Shown: piece after piece, positions 35,245-45,070 of the stretch | Position numbering within the stretch: position 1 is the first letter of the stretch | Layout: each line of letters starts with the position of its first letter | Origin: a virus | Lineage: Duplodnaviria > Caudoviricetes | Virus record (IMG/VR): IMGVR_UViG_3300044675_003062 | Coordinates: 1-53,298 of that record | Reading direction: 5' to 3' (one strand) | Length of the DNA: 53,298 bases | The notes under the pieces: generated by a model | Told to the model about the DNA's origin: nothing | What the model saw: only the letters and a program-made list of their open reading frames with translations | Databases searched by the model: none | Translations under genes and position numbers: made by a program

Positions 35245-35415
35245 CTAGCCCCGCATCCGCCGCACCTCGACGGCATTCAGAACGTGCTTGCCAGTGCAGC
35301 CGCATGAGTCGCAACGCAAGTACCGAATTTGGTACTCGCCCTGCCGCTGGCTGCTCGCGACTTGCAGCCGCCCGCCTCGGCACCTTGTGCACGAATCGCC
35401 TGTCTTAGCGGCCAT
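35245..35415 (-). CDS. Small CxxC...CxxC zinc-finger protein (Ogr/Delta-like)
   Basis: MAAKTGDSCTRC...RYLRCDSCG; 56 aa. Confidence 0.55.
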   Translation of the reverse strand: MAAKTGDSCTRCRGGRLQVASSQRQGEYQIRYLRCDSCGCTGKHVLNAVEVRRMRG

Positions 35416-36409
35416 GCTTGCGGAGGTACTCGCGGAGGGCTGTGGTTTTCTTTGCCATCTCAATCCATGCCGTCGTCGACACTGCTGTCTGCTGACGGTA
35501 CGAATCGAACGAACGCTTCGCCACGCTCACATCAGCATCGGGGTAGGCAGGAAAGGTCACTGGCCCGACGTCGATCAGGCTGTCAATCTTCGTCACGGTG
35601 CGGATGCTGCGGCCATCTTCCACGCTCCACGACTCGCCGCCGGGGGCGATCTGGAAGCTGAACGAACTACCACGCACGATGCCCGCGTCGATGTTGCTGG
35701 CAAGGTCGCGGCCGTAGGTTGTGTCGGGCACCTTGAACTCGTACCGCAGGCCGATCTCGTCCACGTTCATCCGCAGCGTGCCGGGGTAGCGGGCGAGCGG
35801 ATAGTTTGCGTCGTGATTGAACAGTGCCCGCGTCTCTAGCGGTCGCTTGCGGCCACGCCGCTCGGCAACGATGCCGAATGCGTCGGGGGCAATTCGCTCC
35901 GTGAACTCACCCAGGTCGAGCGAATTGACGCCGAACTTGGCAGCGTAGCCGACGATCCACCGGCTCTCGCCCGCGTCGCCTTCCTCGCTGCGAGACTCCA
36001 CATGGAGCAGCGGTAGGGAGTCCGAACCCTCTTCGTACAAGCTGCGTCGTTCAATCATGCTACGGTTTTCCTCATCTGCGGCGTTTAGTTGCTCAACTAG
36101 TTTTCGTGCCCATGCGTAGCCGGGGTCTGATCCCCACAACGCCCACGCAATGCGGCCGTTGCTCGGGAAGCCTTCGTCGCCGGGCGACCATCCCTTGCCC
36201 TGCTTGTCTACTTCGTGGCGGTCGAAATACGCTTTCATCCTTCGTGCGGTATCGGGCGAAATGTTTGTGCCGTTGCTCAGGTCGCGTGCCCGTGCGATGC
36301 CGACCGCCGTGCCACCGCGACCATACTCGCTGCGCCAGTCAAGCCCCTTCTGGGCCTCGCTTCGCACGCCAGCCGGGGGCGTGAAGTCGATGTGGTCATA
36401 CTTCGCCAT
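35405..36409 (-). CDS. HK97-family prohead protease with an extra N-terminal domain
   Basis: GYAAKF, ERIAPDAF, ALFNHD, GSSFSF, DVGPVTFPAY; ~115-aa N-terminal domain with IAWALWG. Confidence 0.85.
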   Translation of the reverse strand: MAKYDHIDFTPPAGVRSEAQKGLDWRSEYGRGGTAVGIARARDLSNGTNISPDTARRMKAYFDRHEVDKQGKGWSPGDEGFPSNGRIAWALWGSDPGYAWARKLVEQLNAADEENRSMIERRSLYEEGSDSLPLLHVESRSEEGDAGESRWIVGYAAKFGVNSLDLGEFTERIAPDAFGIVAERRGRKRPLETRALFNHDANYPLARYPGTLRMNVDEIGLRYEFKVPDTTYGRDLASNIDAGIVRGSSFSFQIAPGGESWSVEDGRSIRTVTKIDSLIDVGPVTFPAYPDADVSVAKRSFDSYRQQTAVSTTAWIEMAKKTTALREYLRKHGR

Positions 36410-37889
36410 CGTCAGCCTTTCGCTCTGTCAGCGGGTCGATTGCCGCCGGAGCCGACTCGCTCACTCCTGCGAGAATCGACGCAACCTGTGCGGCAGTGAT
36501 GCTTGGGAACGACGCGGCGATCAGTGCTGCCGCCCCGTCCTTCGTGATGAGGCCCGCAGGCACTTGCTGCAGGATTGCGATAAGCCCCGTGATCTGTGCC
36601 CCATTGAGCGAAACGTCGGCAACCTGCGCAGCAACAGGCTCGCCTTGCTCTGCCGCTGCCACTCCACCCTCGACCGCTTGGCCGTCGATGCCGCTGCCCG
36701 GCTGCTGCTGGGCCAGCACGTCATCGACCGATGGCATCGCACCCAGCGTGCCCATGTTGAGCGGGCGGTACCGCTCGTCGCCACCGTCCACCGGGTCAAG
36801 GTTCTCGCTGGCTCTGATGTCGTTGGTGCTGACCACGCCGATGTCCCACATGGCACGGTAGTAGGCCGACCGGCTCGCGGCATCGCCGCGCAGCAAGCCC
36901 CGCACGTCAAACTCGGCGAGGTACTTCTCGTCGTCAACAATCAAGTCTCGCAGGAACGCCGACTCGAAACGACGAAGCCACGGCATGATCGTGTGCGTGA
37001 CGAATTGAATCTCGCTCTGTGGCGATCCCTGCTCAAGGCCGAGCAGATAGCCGGGAATGCGGAACAGCCTTGCGATCTCGCGAAGCTGATGCTCGCGTAG
37101 CTCTAGGTACTGCGAGTCGGAGTTGCTGGCGTAGGGTACCTCGTAAGGCTTCAGGCCGCCCGTGAGTACCGCCGTTTCGTGAGCGTTGTGCGGGCCGCGA
37201 TGCTTGCGGTTCCAGTTCTCGGCCAACTCGCGGCGAGCCTCGGCGTTCAACTGGTTCTCGGTGGACAGGATGAATCCCGGCCGGGCACCGGCACCAAAGA
37301 ATCTGGCCCCGTGAACCTCGCACGCCCGAGCCAACGCAATCGCCTCGCGGCACTCTTCCACAATCGAGATGCCGTGAACGCCGTCGTCGCTCGGCCCACG
37401 CATGTGCAGAATCTGCTCGTCGGAGTAGACCGTCTGGCGCCCACCTGCCTCGCGGTACGAATACCGCAGCCTACTGTTCTCCAGCGTCTCGACCTTCATC
37501 CGACTCGGGTGCAGCGGCACGATCTGGTCGATGGCACCAGACGCCCCAGGCACGAGCTCAGAGTAGGCATCGCCCCACAGTCCGACGTGCATCACTGCCT
37601 GCTCACGCCACTCAAAGCTCGTCTGCCAGTTGTTTGGCTGGCTGTGCAGCCTGCGGTAGAGCGGCAGTTCACGGGCGAGCCGCTTGCCGCCGCTCGCTGT
37701 CCGCTCAAGCAGATGCAGCGGCAGACCGGCCACCGTCTCGGCAAGGATTCGCAGGCATGAAAACACAGCCGCCACCGACGTCGCATTCTCGGGGGTGATC
37801 CGCACGCCTGCGGGTGACCGGCCACCACCGTCGTCGCCCCACGAACGCTCTTCGCCGGGGAGCCACAGAATGCGATTTTCGGCAATCAT
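36396..37889 (-). CDS. Portal protein, HK97 family
   Basis: AVFSCLRILAETVAGLP, PNNWQT, GDAY, ILHMR, GARP, EIARLFRIP, NDIRASENL. Confidence 0.92.
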   Translation of the reverse strand: MIAENRILWLPGEERSWGDDGGGRSPAGVRITPENATSVAAVFSCLRILAETVAGLPLHLLERTASGGKRLARELPLYRRLHSQPNNWQTSFEWREQAVMHVGLWGDAYSELVPGASGAIDQIVPLHPSRMKVETLENSRLRYSYREAGGRQTVYSDEQILHMRGPSDDGVHGISIVEECREAIALARACEVHGARFFGAGARPGFILSTENQLNAEARRELAENWNRKHRGPHNAHETAVLTGGLKPYEVPYASNSDSQYLELREHQLREIARLFRIPGYLLGLEQGSPQSEIQFVTHTIMPWLRRFESAFLRDLIVDDEKYLAEFDVRGLLRGDAASRSAYYRAMWDIGVVSTNDIRASENLDPVDGGDERYRPLNMGTLGAMPSVDDVLAQQQPGSGIDGQAVEGGVAAAEQGEPVAAQVADVSLNGAQITGLIAILQQVPAGLITKDGAAALIAASFPSITAAQVASILAGVSESAPAAIDPLTERKADDGEV

Positions 37890-39493
37890 ATGAAAAAGAT
37901 TTCGGAGGTTGAGGCGGGCGACTGCTCGCTGCCGATCCAAGTTCCTATTCCCTGGCACAAAGCGACAACGCCGTCGATCCGCTCCGTAGACTTTGACTTG
38001 CTCGGGTAGATGTTTCCGTACCGATCCTCATGAACGGCCGCGTTGCCAGCACACCATGACAAGACCGGATGCCCGTTGTGTCTGACTTTCGAGTTCGCAA
38101 GTAGGTTCTCAAGTGCTTTCGCGGGGCCGCTCATGGCCCGGCCGCCTTGCGGGTATCCTCTCACCTCAATGCCGTCCCCTTGCAGCATGTTTGCCAGCAT
38201 CTGCCCGTTGAACTTCAAGTCAACGCCGACCAGCCGAACGGAATACTGCTCGCAGATTTGCGTGATGTCCCGATGCAAAACCGTGTAGTCAGTCACGTTT
38301 CCCTCGGTCGTGCGGATATGTCCGTCGCGAATCCAGCCGAGGTAGTCCACCTTGTCTCGCTGCGTTCGCTCCACGGCGTTCGCCTCGGGAATCCAGAAGA
38401 ACGGCAGCACGTCCACGCTGCCGTCGCTCGGGTCTGGGCAGACCAGCACTAGGGCCGAAAGGTCGTAAGTGGTCGCAAGGTCAAGCCCGGCGTATACGGG
38501 CCGGTCGCCAAAGTCGCGAAGCGGCACAGACCCCTGCTGCCAAGTTTCCGGCGACAACCAGCGAACGTCGGAGGTCGTCCATGTGTTGAGCCGGTATCGC
38601 AAAAAAGAGTTGAGCTTCGTTGGCGACTGCTCGGCCTCTTTGGCGTCGAGAGCGAAGTCGTCTGGCTTGATCGTGACACCCCAGGACGGGTTCGCCTGCG
38701 GCCACACGTCGGGGTCTTTCCAATCGCCGTCCTGCTCCATTTCGTAAATGCAGGAAAAGAACGTCGGGTCGTATTGCCAGTTCGCCGCAACAGCCTTGGC
38801 GTATTGGTACTGCTCGTAGCAGATGCCCTTGCGGTCATAGCCAGCCGTCGTGATCGAACACAGTAGCGGCTGCTCGCGGGCCGCACCGCCGTAGCGAAGG
38901 GCATCCCAGAGGCGGCGGTCTTTCTGGGCATGTAGCTCATCGAAAAGCAGCCCGTGAATATTCAAGCCTTCTGCTCGAAACGCATCAGCGGACAGGACGC
39001 GATAGAACGACGCCTCTTTGCGATACGCAATCGTGCGACGGGAGTCGATCACCTCAAGCTGCTGCGAGAGCAGGGGGGAGGCTCGCACCATGCTTGCCGC
39101 TTCGCGGAACACGACCGACGCCTGTTCGCGATCCGCAGCCGCGCCATAGACTTCCGCCCCGTTCTCGCCGTCCATGACGAGCAGATACAAGCCGATGCCT
39201 GCAAGGATCGTCGACTTGCCAGACTTCTTGGCCGTCGAGATATAGGCCACGCGGTAGCGGCGTAGGTCGTCGGCAACACGCACCCAGCCGAATAGCTCCG
39301 CGATCATTTCCTTCTGCCAATCAAGCAGCAGGAAAGGCTGCTTGGCGAACTTGCCCTTGCTATGCCGCAGCCAGTTTTCAAAAAACTCTATGGCATGAAC
39401 GGCCCGCTCGGGGTCGAACCAGTAGTCAAGCCCCTGTTTTTGAGCCTCGCTTTTGGACAAAGGCTGCAATCTGATCTGATTCTGCATTGCCAT
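37886..39493 (-). CDS. terL: Terminase large subunit
   Basis: AKKSGKS Walker A, FDELH Walker B, ITTAG, GLDLA, RIDGVVA; start approximate. Confidence 0.92.
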   Translation of the reverse strand: MAMQNQIRLQPLSKSEAQKQGLDYWFDPERAVHAIEFFENWLRHSKGKFAKQPFLLLDWQKEMIAELFGWVRVADDLRRYRVAYISTAKKSGKSTILAGIGLYLLVMDGENGAEVYGAAADREQASVVFREAASMVRASPLLSQQLEVIDSRRTIAYRKEASFYRVLSADAFRAEGLNIHGLLFDELHAQKDRRLWDALRYGGAAREQPLLCSITTAGYDRKGICYEQYQYAKAVAANWQYDPTFFSCIYEMEQDGDWKDPDVWPQANPSWGVTIKPDDFALDAKEAEQSPTKLNSFLRYRLNTWTTSDVRWLSPETWQQGSVPLRDFGDRPVYAGLDLATTYDLSALVLVCPDPSDGSVDVLPFFWIPEANAVERTQRDKVDYLGWIRDGHIRTTEGNVTDYTVLHRDITQICEQYSVRLVGVDLKFNGQMLANMLQGDGIEVRGYPQGGRAMSGPAKALENLLANSKVRHNGHPVLSWCAGNAAVHEDRYGNIYPSKSKSTERIDGVVALCQGIGTWIGSEQSPASTSEIFFI

Positions 39494-39953
39494 TGGTCGT
39501 GCTTACCTGTGACCTACTGCTCGGCGTCATGCCGAACTCCTGCTCTATCCGCAGCATCGCAGCGTGATGCCGGTGCATCTGCGTAGCCCACGGCGCGACC
39601 TGGGTGTATTTGATTCGCAGCCGCCCGTCAGTTCGGTTTGGGTCTGGCTCCCAGTGCGTGTATTCCTCGCCGCCTACTTTCACTTTCTCATAGCAGGCAA
39701 GGTAAAGAGCCGATTCGATGCAGTACCGCGTCAGCGTCGGCACGTCGGCCTCGGTCAGCACTCGCATCCGTGCGAGCTTCGGTACCATGTCGTTCCAGAC
39801 CTCGATGCCCTTGGCGTCAAGCGTCTTGGGCGGCGGGAAGTCTTGCTGGACGAGTGCCGGTGTCGGCTCGCTCGACGGCAGCGACTCTTTCGACGGGTTG
39901 CCGCGAATGTACTTCAGAATCGAAGGCTCGGGGGCGGGGCCGCGTTTTCCCAT
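39426..39953 (-). CDS. terS: Terminase small subunit, P27 family
   Basis: MGKRGPAPEP...GNP...PPK...W...EFGMTPSSRS. Confidence 0.88.
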   Translation of the reverse strand: MGKRGPAPEPSILKYIRGNPSKESLPSSEPTPALVQQDFPPPKTLDAKGIEVWNDMVPKLARMRVLTEADVPTLTRYCIESALYLACYEKVKVGGEEYTHWEPDPNRTDGRLRIKYTQVAPWATQMHRHHAAMLRIEQEFGMTPSSRSQVSTTNGNAESDQIAAFVQKRGSKTGA

Positions 39954-39957
39954 TGGG

Positions 39958-41025
39958 TCACTCCTTCGACTTGAGCCATTGGTCAATCACTGCTCGTGCC
40001 ACTACTTCTGTCATTCGCGGCGGCACGCTCATGCCGATCATGTATTTTCCGATGCCGTCAGTTTTTGCTTCGTAATCGTCTGGAAAAGATCCAAGCCGCT
40101 TCCATTCCCTGAACGTCAGCTTTCGCGGCTGAACCCAATGCGAAAACATTTGATGATGTGCGGCCATCGTAGGGGCGGGAGAAGTAGCCGAAAGCCTGTA
40201 CCAATTAAAGCAACTGTTTTTTCCGGTGTGTTGAAAGCACGCTTTTGAGTAGTTGCTCCCGGGACTCGTTCGATGCCACCATTTCTTGTCGACGCCCGTA
40301 TGACGAGTGTCTGCGAGTTCGCTTTTCGTAATTTCAGACAAGTCTCGCGTTGCTTCGCTTGCGGTAATCCAGCGATGCTTCGGCTCAAGCTCTAGCTTCG
40401 TACTGCTAACGTCTTCTCGTACAGCGCAGAAAAACACTCGCTCTCGACGCTGCGGGACACCGCAATCAGCGGCGTTCACAAGAAACAGTTGCGCGCGGTA
40501 TCCGAGCTCTTTAAATCGCTGCATCACCAACTTCGTATAGCCTTTAGCGTTTCCGAGGATCATGCCTTTGACGTTTTCGGCAATCGCCACTTTGGGACGC
40601 AGCCTGCCAACGAGGTCGAGATAATCGAAAAACAAGTCGGACAGCACTTGCTTCGCCTGCCCTTCTCGGAAATGCTTGTCTTTCCCCCAGGCGTCTTCGC
40701 GACTTCCCGCCATGCTAAACGTCGAGCAAGGCGGCGAGCCGTCAAGGATGTCCAGCGAAAACAACTCGTCTGGCAAGTTTGCCGTAAGCAAGTCTCGTAT
40801 CGGGCAAAGGTAGTATCGCGGCGGCTTGATGTTTTGCTGGTAGTGCCACGCCATCTCCGGGTCAATGTCGTTCGCGGCAACAACGGTGCAGCCAGCCCGC
40901 TTGTATCCCATTGACGAGCCGCCGCCGCACGCAAACGTAGACATGACCTTGACGCCGTTCTGGGGAACGTACTTGAGATCAGTCAAGTTCCACGCGCACT
41001 CAGGCCGCTTCGCCGTTGAATTCAA
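39958..41025 (-). CDS. C5 cytosine DNA methyltransferase
   Basis: FACGGG, GSPPC, ENV, PQRRERVF, GMSVPP; start uncertain (TTG 41025 or nearby). Confidence 0.88.
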   Translation of the reverse strand: MNSTAKRPECAWNLTDLKYVPQNGVKVMSTFACGGGSSMGYKRAGCTVVAANDIDPEMAWHYQQNIKPPRYYLCPIRDLLTANLPDELFSLDILDGSPPCSTFSMAGSREDAWGKDKHFREGQAKQVLSDLFFDYLDLVGRLRPKVAIAENVKGMILGNAKGYTKLVMQRFKELGYRAQLFLVNAADCGVPQRRERVFFCAVREDVSSTKLELEPKHRWITASEATRDLSEITKSELADTRHTGVDKKWWHRTSPGSNYSKACFQHTGKNSCFNWYRLSATSPAPTMAAHHQMFSHWVQPRKLTFREWKRLGSFPDDYEAKTDGIGKYMIGMSVPPRMTEVVARAVIDQWLKSKE

Positions 41026-41542
41026 AGCCACACTTCGGGCATTTGTGCTGCAAGTCGAAGTTGTCAATGTCGATCTCCTCTGTGCTTGATTCTGGCTCTT
41101 CTGCCGTCGGCCCGTCGATAGCTTCGTACAGCCCAGCCTCCGAGGCCGTCGAGGCGGCGAGTTGCTGCAGGGCTTCGCTGCTGCTGTTGAACGTCCGCAG
41201 CAGTTCGTCGAGTTTGCCAGCGTCCGTCTCGGCCATCGCCGCCAGCGGGTCGAGCGTAGCGAGCAGCTTGTCGGCCTCGGCTTCGTTCACATCGAGGACA
41301 AGAACCGGCACGTCGCCGTCGCCAAGCGTCTCAGCTCGGAGATGCCCGTCGATCAGCATGAGGGAGCCGTCAGGTAGCTCGCGGGCCAGCACCGCGTCAG
41401 CCATGCCTACCTCGGCCAGAATGCCCCGTAGGGCGTCCCGCTGGGCCGCAGGATGCGTCCTCCAGTTCTTTGGGTTAGGACGCAAGTCAGACGCCGGGAC
41501 GTGGCGCAGCTCCTTTACGCGGTTGCGGATGTTCACGGTCAA
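41000..41542 (-). CDS. ParB N-terminal domain protein with C-terminal CPKC
   Basis: LRPNPKNWRTH, LIDGHLR, VPVLVLD, CPKCGFEF. Confidence 0.8.
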   Translation of the reverse strand: MTVNIRNRVKELRHVPASDLRPNPKNWRTHPAAQRDALRGILAEVGMADAVLARELPDGSLMLIDGHLRAETLGDGDVPVLVLDVNEAEADKLLATLDPLAAMAETDAGKLDELLRTFNSSSEALQQLAASTASEAGLYEAIDGPTAEEPESSTEEIDIDNFDLQHKCPKCGFEFNGEAA

Positions 41543-41550
41543 AAACTCCT

Positions 41551-41700
41551 TATTATATAGGGCTTTTTTTCAGGAGGGCTAAAACAAAAGGCCGGGCCGA
41601 CCCCACCCCCCGAAAACCTCCGGCCACGCTTACACAAGGGGAACATATGGTTTTCCTCGTTGCCCAAAATCGTAGCACACCCCCCTAGGGGGTCGGCCTT
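41551..41700. other. Probable packaging (cos) region, with a partial third copy of the non-coding element
   Basis: Mostly non-coding gap downstream of the HNH gene; palindrome CCCCCTAGGGGG, inverted GGCCGACCCC/GGGGTCGGCC, and TATAGGG...TTTTTT...AAAAGGC.GGGCCGACCCC as at 5438-5489. Confidence 0.45.
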
Positions 41701-42011
41701 TCTGAACGCTGCTCCGAAACCGTCTTGCGTGAATGGCACGACGCACAAAGGCACTGGCCGTTCGCTATGTCGTATCGCAAGTCTGGCCTCGCCACGACCG
41801 CGATGATGTGGTCAGCATGGGCCTCACGCCGCTTGGCACACACGCGACCGCAGGCACGGCACTGCCAGTTGTCACGCTCCAGCACAGCCAGCCGCCACGC
41901 CTTGTGTTGCGGCGAGCAGTAGCCACGCTGGTGAGCGTTTGGCCCCGTGGCTCGCCTAACGATCTTGTAGTTCGCCCTGGCCGGTCGCAGCATCTCTACT
42001 CGCTGTGGCAT
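41685..42011 (-). CDS. HNH endonuclease (HK97 gp74-like packaging cofactor)
   Basis: RDNWQCRAC, ADHII, NGQCLCASCHSRKT. Confidence 0.85.
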   Translation of the reverse strand: MPQRVEMLRPARANYKIVRRATGPNAHQRGYCSPQHKAWRLAVLERDNWQCRACGRVCAKRREAHADHIIAVVARPDLRYDIANGQCLCASCHSRKTVSEQRSERPTP

Positions 42012-42364
42012 CAGATCACCGCCGCCTCAACAAACGCCTGATCGACTTGCTGCTCAGTCAGTCCCAGAGCCGCCGCGAGAGGCACTAGCATGGGGTGCGA
42101 CCGCTCCACATAAGGGGCGTAGTCCCACTCGACCCGCACGGAGTCTCGCTGCAACTGCTCTGGGATCGCGTCGATAGCAGCATCGACCGCCGCAAGCGAG
42201 ACGCCGTTTCGCACAAGCCAGAGGCGTATCTGACGAGCAGAGACGCTTTCTGGCACGGGAGGAGTGAGGTCGGCTGTTTGATTAATTCCGACCAGTTCCC
42301 CCGCCTCGTCACGAACCTCGTAGGTGTGCAATCCGCCGATCACCCCGATGTAGGTTGTATTCAC
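42011..42364 (-). CDS. Fibre-associated chaperone-like protein
   Basis: VSARQIRLWL...EWDYA...LGLTEQQVDQAF; follows a fibre gene. Confidence 0.6.
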   Translation of the reverse strand: MNTTYIGVIGGLHTYEVRDEAGELVGINQTADLTPPVPESVSARQIRLWLVRNGVSLAAVDAAIDAIPEQLQRDSVRVEWDYAPYVERSHPMLVPLAAALGLTEQQVDQAFVEAAVI

Positions 42365-44073
42365 GACAGCCTCGCGAATGGGTGCGCGGAAGTGATTTGC
42401 AACGCCGTAGACGATGACGGCAGCGACGTTTGCCCGTTAATAGTCATGGCTGTTTTCGGCGTAAGCCCCAGCATCCCGGCGGGGACGCCCTTGCCAGAAA
42501 GCACGGGCATCGTCGTGCCTGCTAGAAGCACCGCCACTCCATAGCGGGTACCGGCCTGCAATGTATACGTTGCAGGGAAGCCCCCAGTCGTGTTGAACGA
42601 CCTCGTGTAGGTTGTATTGATAGCCGTGAATAGCGTGGTGTCAGACGCGCACCTCGCCACAAGGGTCGCTGTTGTTTCGTCATACGAGTAAAGGCCCATC
42701 TGCGCAAACGTCAGGCCAGACGCCGCCACCGTGTTGCCCGTGACCATAGTGATCTGCGAAACAGTGATAGTCTGGAGCGGTGTGAAAAAAACTAAAAACA
42801 CGTTGCCGTTAGTGACGCTGACCGTGCCGCCTGTTACCTCAGTTCGCGGATAAACGTCGGCGGCTGATGTTAGACCGCCAAGATGCGGCAGCAATGATGC
42901 CACTGTGGCGACGTTGCTGCCGCCAATGGTAACCGCCCCAGTTGCATCTACCCGCAGCCTCTCCGTGCCGCCAGTCGCAAGTGCGAGCGTGTCCGCAGAC
43001 GGGAAAAACAGGCCCGTGTTTGCGTCGGACAAAAGGCTGATGGATGGAGACGCGGCAGAGCCGCTCACGCCCACTGAGAACCCCCTACTGTCAATGCGAG
43101 CGACATCGCTAGCGCTGGTGTAGAAGCGAAATGATCCAGAGCCTAAGAGGTTGTAGATGATCTGCGAGTCTGGAACGTAGTTGGTGATGTAGAGAAAGCC
43201 GCCCGCAGCCTGCGCAACCTGCGCCGTGCCGCCCGTCGCGGTCAGGTTCAGCGCGGCTCCGGCCGCAGCGGAGATCGTCGTCGCGCCCGTGAGCGTGCCT
43301 CCGCCAATAGGCAGATAGTCGCCCGACGCAGCGGTGGCAATCGTTCCGATGCCTAGCGTTGTGCGAGCCGCAGACGCAGAAGCGTCATCGAGCAGAGCGC
43401 GGCCAAATGCCGTGCAAGTGATCTCCTCCACCACGCCCTCGCCAGCCGACGAACGCCCCAGCAGCCGGTCGGTGGCTGAGACATTCTGAATCTTGGCGTA
43501 AGTGACGGCAGAGCTTGCGATGTCCGCCGTCACAACGGCGTTTGCATTGATCGTCCACGTTGCCCCGCTGGCCGACACTGTGATATCGCCCTTGCTGCCA
43601 TCTGCCACGACAGGAACCGTCACCGCGCCCGTGAGTCCGTTGACGCTGGCGACTGGGCCATACTTCGCCGCTTCCGTGGCGAAGTCCGTGATCGTTGCCG
43701 CCGCTTGCGTATGGGAGAGAGACGCCGCACCGATAGACTCAGGAGTGATGGCATCGCTGCCGCCAGTGGCGTGGGTGCTGGCGTGTGCTGCACCACCACC
43801 ACCCGAGACACCGACCTCAACGTAGACGCCGCTGGCGAACTGATAGGCCCGCGAGCTATCGACACTCAGGTACAAGACGTTCGCCAGACCAGTCAGGGGG
43901 AAGCTCGCAGTAGTCGCGTAGCTGGCGATCGATGAGAACGAAGTTACTACGCCCGCCGAGTTGCGATAAAACAGCTTCCCGTCCGCCTGCTGAACGGCGA
44001 TCTGGCCGTTCCCCAGCGACGCTGGCGTATTGCCAGCGACATTGCTGTACGGGTTGCGAAGGACGTTTGCCAC
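42361..44073 (-). CDS. Fibre / receptor-binding protein
   Basis: Mtd-N/hyaluronidase-N-like start (PASLGNGQIAV...DGKLFY), HASTH, VASVNGLTG, GGTLTG, TGGTERLRVD. Confidence 0.75.
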   Translation of the reverse strand: MANVLRNPYSNVAGNTPASLGNGQIAVQQADGKLFYRNSAGVVTSFSSIASYATTASFPLTGLANVLYLSVDSSRAYQFASGVYVEVGVSGGGGAAHASTHATGGSDAITPESIGAASLSHTQAAATITDFATEAAKYGPVASVNGLTGAVTVPVVADGSKGDITVSASGATWTINANAVVTADIASSAVTYAKIQNVSATDRLLGRSSAGEGVVEEITCTAFGRALLDDASASAARTTLGIGTIATAASGDYLPIGGGTLTGATTISAAAGAALNLTATGGTAQVAQAAGGFLYITNYVPDSQIIYNLLGSGSFRFYTSASDVARIDSRGFSVGVSGSAASPSISLLSDANTGLFFPSADTLALATGGTERLRVDATGAVTIGGSNVATVASLLPHLGGLTSAADVYPRTEVTGGTVSVTNGNVFLVFFTPLQTITVSQITMVTGNTVAASGLTFAQMGLYSYDETTATLVARCASDTTLFTAINTTYTRSFNTTGGFPATYTLQAGTRYGVAVLLAGTTMPVLSGKGVPAGMLGLTPKTAMTINGQTSLPSSSTALQITSAHPFARLS

Positions 44074-44074
44074 T

Positions 44075-44782
44075 TCAGAAGGTTCCTGAGTCGATCGTGA
44101 TATTGTCGATGGAACCGCCCGTGATGCTCACGTTGTCCGATGCCTGCAAAGCCATCGACCCGAGGCCGAGGTTCGTGCGGGCCGTGGTCGCGTCAGTCAG
44201 ATCACTGAGGTTCGACGCCTTGGCGAGCTTGCCGCCGATGCTGTTGCTGATCGTCGTGGAGAAGCTGGCGTCGTTCCCCAAGGCAGTCGCAAGCTCATTG
44301 AGCGTGTTGAGTGCTTCAGGGGCACTTGCCACCAGATTCGCCACAGCCGTCATGACGAACGAGGTGTTCGCGATCTTGGTGCTGGAGTCGCCCGCCGTGA
44401 CATTTGGCGAGGTCGGCGACCCCGTCAGTGCAGGCGATGCCAGAGGTGCATAGGTGCTGCTTGCAGACGACTGCGAGAGGTAGGTGCTGCTCGCAGACGA
44501 GATCGTCAGGTAAGTCGTCGCCGCATTCGCCGTGGTCAGGTAGTTGGCGAGTTGCGAGGACACGTCAACGGCAGCGACCGCCGAGGTGACATAGGACTTC
44601 GTAGCGAACACGCCGTCGCCGCCGATGGCGATCACGCTCGTTGCGTTGCCATCTTGGCCCAGCCCCTTGCCGTACCAGACGACGTTGTCGATTTCATTGA
44701 CGGCGACTTCACCGTTCAGCAGCGTTGCAGGGGCACCAGCATTCCCCGAAACTCGTCTTTTCAGTCTGACACGATTTGCCAT
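44075..44782 (-). CDS. Short fibre protein
   Basis: RLKRR...APATLLNGEVAVNE, PLASPALTG, APEALNTLNELATALGND, ARTNLGLGS, IDSGTF. Confidence 0.75.
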   Translation of the reverse strand: MANRVRLKRRVSGNAGAPATLLNGEVAVNEIDNVVWYGKGLGQDGNATSVIAIGGDGVFATKSYVTSAVAAVDVSSQLANYLTTANAATTYLTISSASSTYLSQSSASSTYAPLASPALTGSPTSPNVTAGDSSTKIANTSFVMTAVANLVASAPEALNTLNELATALGNDASFSTTISNSIGGKLAKASNLSDLTDATTARTNLGLGSMALQASDNVSITGGSIDNITIDSGTF

Positions 44783-44791
44783 GATTCACTC

Positions 44792-45070
44792 CTAGAAGTT
44801 TTGCCCGTCGATAACGATGTCGCTCTCGGGGTAGTTGCGCCATTTGCTTGACGAGTACCGCAGCACGTCGCCGTTCTGCACCGAGACGATCTGCACGTCG
44901 GCAAGCTGCCCAAGGTTCCCGCCGGTCGCCCCAGACGGCCCTTGCGGCCCGATACCGCCGCCTGCGTGTGCCGTGACGACTGATGAGCCAACGCTCGCCG
45001 TGATGGCCCCAGCCGCGCTGATGCTCGCCGTGATCGGCTGCGAGTTGACCGTCGCTGTGATCTGCGTCAT
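44792..45070 (-). CDS. Small fibre-connector protein
   Basis: MTQITATV...GGGIGPQG...LADVQI...GDVLRYSSSKWRN...DGQNF. Confidence 0.6.
   Translation of the reverse strand: MTQITATVNSQPITASISAAGAITASVGSSVVTAHAGGGIGPQGPSGATGGNLGQLADVQIVSVQNGDVLRYSSSKWRNYPESDIVIDGQNF

Noticed and set aside
27535-36942. AACAATC matches near 27540 and 36936, and near 196, as extra copies of the 16-bp motif
   Set aside because: Only the 7-bp 3' core matches; expected by chance within coding sequence.
41014-41025. Non-canonical ACG start or ParB-methylase frameshift fusion
   Set aside because: An in-frame TTG three codons upstream gives an ordinary explanation; no clear slippery site.
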